A DNA stretch of 64,000 bases from contig CAUYUJ010000324.1 of the NCBI GenBank assembly GCA_963575745.1, positions 1 to 64,000 on the forward strand, in the 5' to 3' direction. The translations under genes and the position numbers were made by a program. This stretch comes from Prorocentrum cordatum (lineage: Eukaryota). The notes beneath the pieces are model-generated. The model worked only from the letters and a program-made list of their open reading frames with translations. It was not told where the DNA came from and searched no databases. Positions 11,949 through 23,021 of the stretch are shown here, in pieces. How positions within the stretch are numbered: the first letter of the stretch is position 1; every line of letters starts with the position of its first letter.

Positions 11949-13859
11949 CTCTGCTCCAGCCAGGGGGGAAGCAGGAGAGGAGAGGGGAGCGGGGGCGGGG
12001 GAGCGGGCCCGGGCCCAGAAGCGGCCTGGCCGGGACCGGCGGAGTGGCCAGCCGAAGTCCGACGAGAACCGGCAGGATCAAAGATGGGGCCCTGAGGGGT
12101 GGGGCCCCAAGGACGAGTGGCCACAGACAGGACCCCATCCCTGGACCGCCTGGAGAGGGGTGGGGGGTGGGGGCAAGGCAACAAAAAGTAGGCGCTGCTG
12201 CTGGCGCCGGCCACGCGGTCCTACAGGAGCAGGGCGGTGGGGCCGTGACCCTGCGGTTGGAGGTGGCGTGCTCGCAAGAGGGGCGGAGGGCAGGGAACGC
12301 GGGGACAGCAAACGACCACAACCACATCGAGGACAGACCTGGGGGCATGTCTTGCACCTGCCAAAAGTTGTCGGAACACCGCAGTCGGCTTCGTATTGGT
12401 TGTGGTCGGTGTGGCGCCCCAAGACGGCCAACTCGACCACAACCACAACCAAAGTGTTCATGTCGAGGTCGGTGGGTTCTCGCCCGAGTGGTTATGGTTC
12501 TTTGCTGTGCCTGGAGGCAAGCGGGCACGGACAGACGATGAGTGGAAGAGTGGAGGAGGAGGCAGGCGGGCAAGGAAGGGCGCACGGGATGGGAGCAAAA
12601 AGCGAATGGGGCAGAGGGGGTATGACATACGGTAGAATATGGAAGGGGGAAAATTCCTCCTTTTCCCTCTCCTCTTCCTTTATTATTTTCCTCCTGATCC
12701 TCCTCCTCCTTCTTCCCATCCCTTGGATGATTACGTCGACGCCCCCAGCGCCCAGCGCACGGGGGGCGCGCGGGAAGGACAACTCCTTCGCCTAATTACC
12801 GCCTCCTCACTTCCTCCCCCGCTCCCATTTCCTTATCATCCTCCTCCTCTGCTCGTCTCCTCCCCCCCACCCCTCACCCCCCCCTGCTCCCCGTTTTCTT
12901 CAGTGCGCCGAGACTGGTGGCGCAAGAGACGCTGGCCTCACGGGCACCGGGGGCAGGCACCACCACATTCCATGGGATAAGGGGCAGCAGCGCCACATGA
13001 GAAAGATGAGGAGGAGGAGGGGGAGGAAAAGGAGGAGCCTCGGCAATATCAACAACATAAGAAGACACACGTTGCAGGAATAGGGGGATGGGGAGGCTGG
13101 GGAATGGCAGGACGATGAGAGGGGAGAGGAGGAAGAGGAGGGGGGGAAAGAGGATGGGATATAGGAGGGATAGATGAATGAGAAACAGAGAGAGGGAGAG
13201 AGAGAGAGAGAGAGAAACAAAAAAGAAAGAAAGAAAGAGAGAGAGATAGAGAAAGAAAGAGAGAAAAAGGGAGATAAAGAGAGAGAGAGAGAGAAAGAAA
13301 CATAAAGGGATATGCTATAGAGAGAGGCCACAGGCTGCATTTGTCTCGGAGGGAGAAGATGGGAACGGACAGCTTGAATCCACCACTCGCACTCATGAGC
13401 AATGCGTACGCCCCAGACAATCCAGCACATTGACGCGGGTAGCGCTTGCCTGCCCCGGTCGCATGGTTGACGCAGTCTCGCGGCGTCTACTTGCGTGCTG
13501 ACACTACGGGGGATGTATTGCACCAGCGATGTGCCCTGCGCTTAGGAAGAATAGCCCGCGCAGTACTTCCTCCAGCCGCTAATGAAATAACCATCGACAC
13601 AACAAACCGCCATGTGAGTGTCCCCGGCGCTGGTTCACGCAACCCCGGTGGCTTTCTCAGCCGAAAAACATATAACCAATACTGGAGGGATAACATGGAA
13701 GCAGGCCCCAACCCGCTCAAAACCAATGCGCCAACGAGGCTCCCAGCGCGCTAGAGCACACAACGCTGCGATTGAGAGGCAGCAGGGTGGCCGACCAAAC
13801 AGAAAAAAAGAGGAGGAGGAGGGGGAGGGGGAACAGGGGAAAAGGCGGCCTAACTAAGT

Positions 13860-16318
13860 TCATGGCGGGCACCTGTGCAGCACGCCTCATATGCGGCATC
13901 ACGCGCAACTCAACTGCAACAGCCTGGGCGTTCGGGGCACGTGCGTGGTGCTGGGGAGCGGGCGCACAAGACATTGTGGCAAGATGCTAAGCATCCGTTC
14001 AGCCCATGGGCTGAAGCTGAATCCCACCAGCCCTCCGAGCGCTGGGGGGGGGGCCGGGCGGGGGAAGCCCCGGGTGGCCCCGAAATGCCCGGGCGGTCTC
14101 AGATAGATCAGCGACGGCGCCTGCGCTGGCTGATCTGAGGAGGAGGAGGAGGAGGAGGAGGAGGAGGAGGAGGAGGAGGAGGAGGAGGAGGAGGAGGAGG
14201 ATGAGGAGGAGGAGGAGGAGTTGGAAGAGGAGGAGGAGGAGGACGACGAGGTGGAGGAGGCGGAGGGGGGTTTCCACCCGCGGAGGGCGCAGCCCTGGTC
14301 TTCGCCTACCTGAGCAGGCGCTGGAAGCCGAGCCCCCGCCGAATGACGGCGCGGCGCCTCCCTGCGATTACCTGCCGTGCGAAGCGGGCGGGGGCAGGAG
14401 GGAGACGCCGAAGAGACTGAAAAGTAGATTGGGTGGCATCTAGTGCAACGAGGTGGCTGGCCAGTGCGTCGGGGCCCCTTCGAATGAAAAGGTGAATGAG
14501 AAAGGCGCCCAGAGGGTCATCTCCCCAAAATGGGGGGGGCCCTGGAAGAAACTGCCGAAGATGGGGAGAGGACATCGGGCAGGAAACGCAGTGAAGAATA
14601 TCGCCTCCTCCCATGCACCTGCGCCCGACGAAACATCGCCCAGGACCCTGCCGATGCCTGCGGGTGGTATTCCAGGAATTGAAGATCGACTTAAGCACGG
14701 CAGCGAACACAGAACCAGGGGCAACCTCACTGGACAGCAGGATACGTAGAACGCTAAATCCACGCCAGCATCAAGAACCTGCGACGCCCACGTGCGAACG
14801 CGCAGCAGGAGGCGTCTGGCCCCTCTCCTTCGCGAGGGCAGCAGCGAGCTTGGCCCGGGCACCTCTCGGGTGGAGGTCAGGCGGAAGCTTCGGAATAAGC
14901 ACTGAACTGAGGCATTATTCGCGCATGTCGGCAACTATTGAATTGCGGTCGAAGGTTCTGCTCATCGTGTCACAAATGGAGTGGACGAGGGTAGACTTGC
15001 GGGCGACTCGCAACCGCGCGGCTCGGCTCTGCAACTCGAGCGAGGTCGCCTGCGCGCCGAGCCCGAGGGGCTCAAACGAGGGGGCGCTTCTGCCGGGCAT
15101 GAACACCGCGGGCTGCAAGTGGACAACTGGTGGGCTTCCCGTTCAGCTTTAAGAACATGTTTGGTCGGCGCGCGCCCCTGGCTGATATAGGGCCACGCGG
15201 GGCGGGGGGGGAGGGGGCGCGCGTCTCATGAGCAGCGATGCTCGTGGTAGGCTCTTCTGTCATCCCCTTTGCCATAATTGCGCGCTTGAGAACTTCCCCG
15301 CGTGCGCCTTTCCACGAACGACCCCTCCCATCCTTCCCAATCATAAACCCAAGATCTCCACCATCAATTTGGCGATGTTAATGCCAGCGCGTGTGAAGCG
15401 ACCAACAGCTCCACCGACCAGCTCGGGGCTGGTTAGGATGGCGACGCGCTTGGCTGTGTTCAGCATCAGCCCGGTGGCGCATCCAAAAACAACAGATGGC
15501 TCTGGTGGCGGGCCCGAGCGAGCTGAAAATGCCGGCGGCGACCAGCGCAATATCATCGGCGGAGGCTGAAACCTGTTTGGGGAGAGCGGTGGCCAGGACC
15601 TCAATGTAGTGGAGAAGCGGATCAGGAGCCAGGGCGAATAAAACGCCAGAGAGCGGGCGCCCTTGTCTGACTCCTCTGAGGGCCTGGAAGGAGACCTCGC
15701 GGGAAGCCTTGCATGACCTGGTGCAAGGTAAATTCTGGCACAACCACATGATGGCAGCGATGGTGAACTCGGGGGACCGAAACGCACGCATAACATTCCA
15801 GATACATTCATGTAGGGCCGACGGAAAAACAACGCGAAACTCACGCAGACAGGCCCCGCATTCCGCGCGGCAAAGGATGGCGCCCCAGTGCGTGATATTA
15901 AAGCCAACCTCGTGCACATCGCCCATGCTACTTTTACCGCGGATGAAGCCACGCTGAGACGAATGACATTGATCGGCGATGACGTGCGGCAGGGGGCGGC
16001 GATAAAGGCTGCCAGTGATTTTGTTGTCGGCGCTCGGGAGAGCGATGGGTCTCGCGTCTTCGAAGACTTCCACGACGTGACTGGGATCGGGGGGATCGAA
16101 TTTGGCTGGCAGAGCAAGCTTGGAGCAAGTTTCATCGATATGGGGGCCCCGCCCCCGAGGACATGTTCGCGCCCTTCGCGCGGCGCCTCTTGGGCAGCAG
16201 GGCCATCGGCTCTCCAGGCGCTGCAGCATGGGTCGTCGGGGCCTGGAGCTGAATTCCATGCGCAATGAGGCGTGTCCAGGAAAAGGCCAAAGGTTGGCAA
16301 CTAAGGGCACCGCGGTGG
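13860..16318 (-). mobile_element. Decayed LINE ORF2, RT and C-terminal half (copy 1)
   Basis: Motifs SAPGPD, QRGFIRGK, FPSALHE, GVRQGRPLSGVLFALAPDPLL and SADDIALV (decayed YADD); multiple frameshifts; interrupted by (GGA)n at about 14140-14250. Confidence 0.85.
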
Positions 16319-16340
16319 TCCGCTGTCATTCTGGCCCAAG
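16319..16340 (+). other. Relic dinoflagellate spliced leader (DinoSL), copy 1
   Basis: tccgctgtcattctggcccaag matches DCCGTAGCCATTTTGGCTCAAG at 17/22 and lies about 95 nt before the ORF1 ATG at 16434. Confidence 0.55.
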
Positions 16341-16433
16341 CTGGTTGGGGAGCTCGAATGGGTAACTTCGCCTGGAGAAGCACTCCTGGGTGCGAGCCCG
16401 GGCGGTCGCCGCCCCTCACCTTCCCCGAGCGCC

Positions 16434-17522
16434 ATGGCCGCCCCCGAGAACATGGTGGCGCAGATGAAGGCCATGCTCGACGCCAATGGGGAAGCCATCG
16501 CGCAGCCCCTGAAGTCGGAGCTGCAGCGCAACATCTCAGGGCTGCAAGGTCAGATATCCGCGCGGGGCACGGAACCCCAGCAGATCATGCGCGAGCTCTC
16601 GGTCCAAGCCAACAAGATCGCCAACCTAGAGTCCAAGGCCAGCGCCAGCGCGGGAACTGTGTCAGCTCACTTTCCTCAGCCGCATCTTCGCATCGACAAG
16701 CCCTCGAAGGAGGTGAAGCTCTGCGAGTCCAACATGATGAGTGGAATGGCAACCACGCGGCGAAATTCACAGGCGCGTTCCCTCGCCCCCATTCGTGTGA
16801 GAAGGCCAGGCAAACTCACTGGATTCAGTTGCAGTCCATGCCCCCCGGGTTGGGGGGCGAGCCAGGAGCCGCGGCCATCTTCCACGGCGCGAGCCAAGTG
16901 CACGCGCTGAAGTTCACCCGTGCCGCCGACGCCCAGAACTTCCAACGCGAGCTGAACCGAGCCGGCATGGAGCGGGCTGGTTTCCGCGACAACAATACTT
17001 ACAGCATCGGAGTTCGGGGTGATCTTCCACTGCGCGCTCCGCAAAAGAAAAGGGCGCTTCTGGTTTGTACTGCGATACCCTCGAAGAGTGCGAGAAATCC
17101 CACATGGCGCCAGCGACTGCAAGCTGGGGATCAACGGATCCAAAGGCGCTGCGCAAAACATCACCTCACGCGACGTCTACGAGCTGATCGCCGCCGCCCA
17201 GCAGGGCGAAGACACCTTCATGTTCGAGCCGACGAAAGACAACCTCAACAACTGGGACATTTCGGACGAGCGTTTCAGCGGCATCATCGAGGCCCTCTGA
17301 AAGGCGCTAGCGCGGCACAACAGTTGCCGGGACCTTGCCGCTCATCCCGCCGCCTCTTTAGCCGCTCCCATGTTTGCCCCCTCTGCCACCCAGGCCTAGC
17401 GCGAGATTTGCGAAGCCTCCAGCGGCCCCACCTCTTCCTCGCCCCCCCCCCCCCCCCCACAACACACACACACGCACACGCACCCACCCCCGCAAGCGCG
17501 CGCGTCAGCGGAGCCATCAGTT

Positions 17523-17553
<31 letters not shown>

Positions 17554-17919
17554 TACATATTCTCAGCACCTCCCTGACAGAGCGTTCAAGATTGCGACTT
17601 GGAATTCCCGGGCGCTGATTGGAACGCTGCGCGCAGACCAGGTTCGGATTCAACATGAGTTTCATTGACTTCAAGCCGCCCGTCAAAAGGGCCAGATCGT
17701 TTGCCCTCAAGAGACTCATGATGTCACTGGAGACCTGCCAAACTTGTCCCGCGAGTTCAAGATCCACTCTCCGCGCGGTTCGTCCTGCGAGCGCCCGAGT
17801 ACTGGAGGCCTCCTCATTTTTGTCGAGAACGCCCTGCTGTGCGACGTCCAATGTCTCTTTCCTGGTTGCGCTGCGCGCCTGAACCTGCGTGGGCTGAAAG
17901 GGGAAGCACAAGTCATCAG
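16434..17919 (+). mobile_element. Decayed LINE ORF1 and start of the APE-type endonuclease (copy 1, truncated)
   Basis: Coiled-coil ORF1 (MAAPENMVAQMKAMLDAN...) ending at about 17300, then AFKIATWNSRALIG, ALQETH-like and GGLLIFVEN endonuclease motifs; cut at about 17919 where the duplicate unit starts. Confidence 0.8.
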
Positions 17920-18617
17920 TGCTGCGCCTGGAGGCGCGCGGGCGCGGACAGACGATGAGTGGGCGACTGGAGGAGCAGGCAGGCTTGCAAAGAGGGGCGC
18001 GCGGGATGGGGGCACAAAGCGAATGGGGCAGAGGGGATGCGACCTGCGGTAGAATATGGAAGGGGGAAAATTCCTCCTTCCCCCCCCCCCCCCCCCCCCC
18101 CCCCTGATCCCCCCCTTCCTGATCCTCTTCCTCCTCCGCGCCCCTTGGGCGATTATGTCGACGCCCCCAGCGCGCGGGGGGCGCGCGGAGAGGGCAGCTC
18201 CCTTGCCTGCCGCCTCCTCGCCCCCCCCGCCCCTCCCCCCGCGCCCATTTCCTTATCGTCCTCCTCCTCTGCTCGCCCCCCCTCCCGCGCCCCCCCGCGC
18301 CCCTCGCCCCCCCCTGCCCCCCGTCTTCTTCGGCGCGCCTAAACTGGGGGCGCAAGAGACGCTGGCCTCGCGGGCGCCGGGGAAAGGAGCCACCACGGCC
18401 CATGGGTTAAGGGGCAGCAGCGCCGCGCGAGGGGGGGGCGAGGGGGGGGGCTCGGCAAGATCGGCACTGTGAGAAGACGCACGTTGCAGGAGTCGGGGGG
18501 TGGGAAGGCCGGGGAATGGCAGGAAGACGAAGGGGAGAGGCGGCGGCGGCGGTGGCGGGCGAGCGCGCGCGGGGCGGGGGGGGGGGCGGGGGGGGATCGG
18601 CAGGGGATACGAGCGAA

Positions 18618-18630
18618 GAAAGAGAGAGAA

Positions 18631-18699
<69 letters not shown>

Positions 18700-18726
18700 T
18701 ACAGAGAGAAAGAGAGAGAGAAAAAA

Positions 18727-18781
<55 letters not shown>

Positions 18782-18931
18782 GAGAGAGAGAGAGAGAGAG
18801 ATGGAAACAATAAAAAGATAAAGAGAAAGAGAGATGTCAATATATATAAATATATATACAGAGAGAGAGAACCGAAACAAAAAGAGAAAGAGAAAGTGAA
18901 AAAGACAGAGAAATAGACAGAGAGAGAGGGG

Positions 18932-18962
<31 letters not shown>

Positions 18963-19148
18963 AGAGAGAGAGAGAGAGAGGAGAGAAAGAGAGCAAGAGA
19001 AAAAGAAAGATAAGTAAACGCATATCTATATGTAATCAGAGAGAGAGAGAGAGAGAGAGAATAGAGAGAGAGGGGAGGAGAGAGAGAGAAAGAGAAAGAG
19101 AGAAGAGAGAATGAGAGAGAGAGATAGAGAGAGAGAGAGAGGAAGAGA

Positions 19149-19213
<65 letters not shown>

Positions 19214-19295
19214 CAACAAAAAAACAAAGGGATAGGAGAGAGAGAGGGAGAGAGAGAAGAGAGAGATATACATATAAGAGAGAGAGAGAGAGAAA

Positions 19296-19344
<49 letters not shown>

Positions 19345-19390
19345 GGGAGAGGAGGAGAGAGAGAGAAAAGAGAGAGAGAGAGAGAGAAAG

Positions 19391-19432
<42 letters not shown>

Positions 19433-19456
19433 ATAATAATAATAATAATATAAATA

Positions 19457-19490
<34 letters not shown>
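18618..19490. repeat. (GA)n block ending in (TAA)n and a poly(A) run of about 30 nt
   Basis: Read directly; much longer than the homologous (GA)n at about 13180-13325. Confidence 0.95.
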
Positions 19491-19491
<1 letters not shown>

Positions 19492-20109
19492 GAGAGGCCA
19501 CCGGCTGCAATTTTTCTCGGAGGGGAAAAATGGGGGCGGAGAGCTTAAATCCAGCACTCGCACTCATGAACAATGCGTGTGCCCCAGGCAATGTAGCGCA
19601 TTGACGCGGGTCGCGCTCGCCTGCCCTCGTCGCATGGCTCGCGCAGTCTCGCGGCGTCTCTTGCGCGCTGACGCGACGGGGGATATATTGCGCCAGTGAT
19701 TTGCCCTGCGCTTAGGAAGAATAACCCGCTCGGCATTTTCTCCAGCCGCTTTTCCCGCTGAGGGGGCGGATTTAGCGAGCGGGGGCCAAGCTCCGCGCCT
19801 GACCGCGCCAACATGAACTACTGGCACGCATCAATAGAGAGGCGCGGGGGCAAAAACAACGACATAACCATCGACGCAACCGACCGCCATGCGAGCGCCC
19901 CCGGCGCTGGTTCACACGACCCGGCGGCCTTCGCAGCCGAAAAAAATATAACCAACGCTGGGGGGAGAGCGTGGGGGGCAGGCCCCGACCCGCTCAAAAC
20001 CAATGCGCCAGCGAAGCCCCCGGTGCGCTACAGCACGCAGCGCTGCGATTGAGAGGCAGCAGGGCGGCAAAAAAAAAGAAGGGGGGGGGGGAGAGGCGAG
20101 AGGCGGCCT

Positions 20110-22915
20110 AACTAAATTCATGGCGGGCACCTGCGAAGCGCGCTGCATGCGCGGCATCGCGCGCGGCTCAACTGCAACAGCCTGGGCGCGCGGAGCGCGC
20201 GCATGGTGCCGGAGGGCGGGCGCGCGAGACATTGCGGCAAGATGATCAGCATCCGTTCAGGCCATGGGCTGAAGCTGAATCCCGCCAGCCCCCCGAGCGC
20301 TGGGGGGGGGGGGCCGGGCGGGGGAAGCCCCGGGCGGCCCCGAAGTGCCCGGGCGGTCTCATATAGATCAGCGACGGCGTCTGCGTCGGCTGATCCGAAG
20401 GGGAGGGGGGGGGGGGGCGCGCGGGGGGGGGCCCGCCCGCGGAGGGCGCAGCCCTGGTCTTCGCCTACCCGAGCAAGCGCTGGAGGCCGAGCCCCCGCCG
20501 AAAGGCGGCGCGGAGCCCCCCTGCGATTACCTGCTGCGCCGAAGTGGGGGGGTGGGGGGGGGGGCAGGAGGGAGGCGCCGAAGTGCGTCGGGGCCCCTTT
20601 GAATGAAAAGGTGAATGAGAAAGGCGCCCAGAGGGCTACCTCCCCAAATTGGGGGGTGCCCTGGAAGAAGCCGCCGAAGATTGGGGGAGGACATCGGGCA
20701 GGAAGCGTAGTAAAGAATATCGTCTCTTCCCATGCACCTGCGCCCGACTGAGCATCGCCCAGGGCCCTGCCGATGCCTGCGGGCGGTGTTCCAGGAATCT
20801 AAGATCGACTTAAGTACGGCAACAAACGCGGAACCAGGGACAACCTCACTGGACTTCAGGATGCGTAGAACGTATGAATCCATGCCAGCATCAATAATCT
20901 GTGGCGCCCACGTGCGAACGCGCGGTCGGAAGCTTCTGGCCCCTCTCCTTCGCGAAGGCAGCAGCGAGCTTGGCCCGGGCACCTCTCGGGTGGAGGTTAG
21001 GCGGAAGCTTCGGAATAAGCACTGAACTGAGGTACAGGCGCGCGCGTTGGCAACCATTGAATTGCGGTCGAAAGTTCTGCTCATCGTGTCGCAAAGGGAA
21101 TGGAAGAGGAGAGAGTTGTGGGCGACTCGTAACCGCGCGGCTCGGCTCTGCAATTCGAGCGAGGTTGCCTGCGCGCCGAGCCCGAGGGACTTAAACCGAG
21201 GGGGCACTTCTGTCGGGAGTGAGCGCCGCGGGCTGCAAGTGTACAACTGGTGGGCTTCAAGTTCAGCTTTAAGAACATGTCTGGTCGGCGCGTGCCCCTG
21301 GCCGATATAGTGGCACGCGGGGGCGGGGGGGCGGGGGGTGGGTGGGTGGGGTGGTTTGGGTGGGCGGGTGTGTGTGCGGTGTGCGTGGTGTGCGTGTGTG
21401 CGTGTGTTGCGTGTGTGTGTGTGTGCGTGTAGGTGCGCGTGTGTGTGTGTGCGTTGTTGTGTGTGTGTATGTGTGTATGTGTGTATGTGTTTGTGTGTGT
21501 GTGTGTCTGGTGTCTGTGTGTCTGTGTGTCTGTGTGTCTGTGTGTCTGTGTGTCTGTGTGTGTGTCTTTGTGTCTGTGTCTGTGTGTCTGTGTGTCTGTG
21601 TGTGTGTGGTGTGGTGTGGTGTGTGCGTGTGCGTGCGTGTGTGTGTGTGTGTTGCGTGTGTGTGTGTGTGCGTGTTGTGTGTGCTAGTGTGCGTGTGTGT
21701 GGTGTGCGTGTGCGTTGCGTGCGTTGCGTGCGTGTGTGTGTGTGTGTGTGCGTGTGGGTGTGTGTGTGTGTGTGTGTGCGTGTGCGTGTTTGTGCGTGTG
21801 TGTGCGTGTGTGCGTGCGTTGTGCGTGTGCGCGTGAGTGTTATGGGCAGCGGTGCTCGTGATAAGCCCTTCCCCCATCCCTTTTACCATATTTGCGAACT
21901 GAAGAACTTTCCCTCGCACACCTTTCCAAGAACGACCGCCCCCATCCTTCCCAATCATAGATCCAAGACTTCCACCTTAAACCTGACAGTGTTAATGCCA
22001 ACGCACTTGAAGCGGTCAACAGCTCCACCGAGAAGCTCGGGGCTCTGCGTTCAGCATCTGCCCGCTGGCGTATCCAAAAGAACATATGGCTCTGGTGATG
22101 GGCCCGGGCGAGCTGAAACTGTCGGCGGCGACCAGCGCAATGTCATCGGCGGAGGCTGAAACCTGTTTGGGAAAAGCGGCGGCCAGGGCCTCAATGCAGT
22201 GGAGCAGCGGATCAAGAGCCAGGGCGAATAAAACACCAGAGAGCGGGCGCCCTTGTTTGACTCCTCTGAGGGCCTGGGAGGAGACCTCGTGGGAAGCTCT
22301 GAATGACCTGATGCAAGGCGTGTTCTGGCACAGCAACATAATGGCCGCGATGATGAACTCGGGGGGCCGAAACGCACGCATAGCATTGCATATCCATTCA
22401 TGTAGGGCAGACGGAAAAGCAACGCGAACATCATGCAGAAAGGCCCCGCATTCGCCGCGGCAAAACATGGCGCCCCAGCGCATGATATTAAAGCCAACCT
22501 CATGCCAATTGCCATGATACGTTTACCGCGAATAAAGCCACGCTGAGGCGAATGGCCACGATCGGCGATGACGTGCAGCAGGGGGCGGCGATAAGGCTGC
22601 CAGTGATCTTGTCGCCGGCGTTCGAGAAAGCGATGGGTCTCGCGTCTTCGACGACTGACGACTTCCACGACGTGACTGGGATCGGGCGGATCGCACTTGG
22701 CTAGCAGAGCAGGCCCGGAGCAATGGAACTCGACATGTGCGTTCCGCCCCCGAGGATACGTTCGTGCACTTCGTGCAGCGCCTCCTGCGCAACAGGGCCA
22801 GCGGCTCTCCAAGCGCTGCAGCGTCGACCGTCGGGGCCTGGAGCTGAATGCCATTTGCAATCGGGTGTGTCCAGGAAAAGGCCAGAAAGGTTGGCAACTA
22901 GGGGCACCGCGGTGG
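20110..22915 (-). mobile_element. Decayed LINE ORF2, RT and C-terminal half (copy 2), interrupted by (GT)n at about 21340-21835
   Basis: Motifs HSAPGPDG, PQRGFIRGK, DVRVAFPSALHEW, GVKQGRPLSGVLFALALDPLL and SADDIALV; co-linear with copy 1. Confidence 0.85.
21340..21838. repeat. (GT)n / (GTGC)n microsatellite
   Basis: Read directly; absent from the homologous position of copy 1 (about 15220). Confidence 0.95.
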
Positions 22916-22937
22916 TCCGCTGCCATTCTGGCTCAAG
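22916..22937 (+). other. Relic dinoflagellate spliced leader (DinoSL), copy 2
   Basis: tccgctgccattctggctcaag matches DCCGTAGCCATTTTGGCTCAAG at 19/22 and lies about 85 nt before the ORF1 ATG at 23022. Confidence 0.75.
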
Positions 22938-23021
22938 CTGGTTGGGAAGCTCGAGTGGGCAACTTCGCCTGGGGGGGCGTTCCAGGGCGCGGCCCCAGGC
23001 GGTCGCCGCGCCCCGCGCGCC

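Noticed and set aside
12050..12290. Tiny extra minus-strand exons (HATSNRR, FSSDFG)
   Set aside because: Too short to support, and one lacks an AG acceptor.
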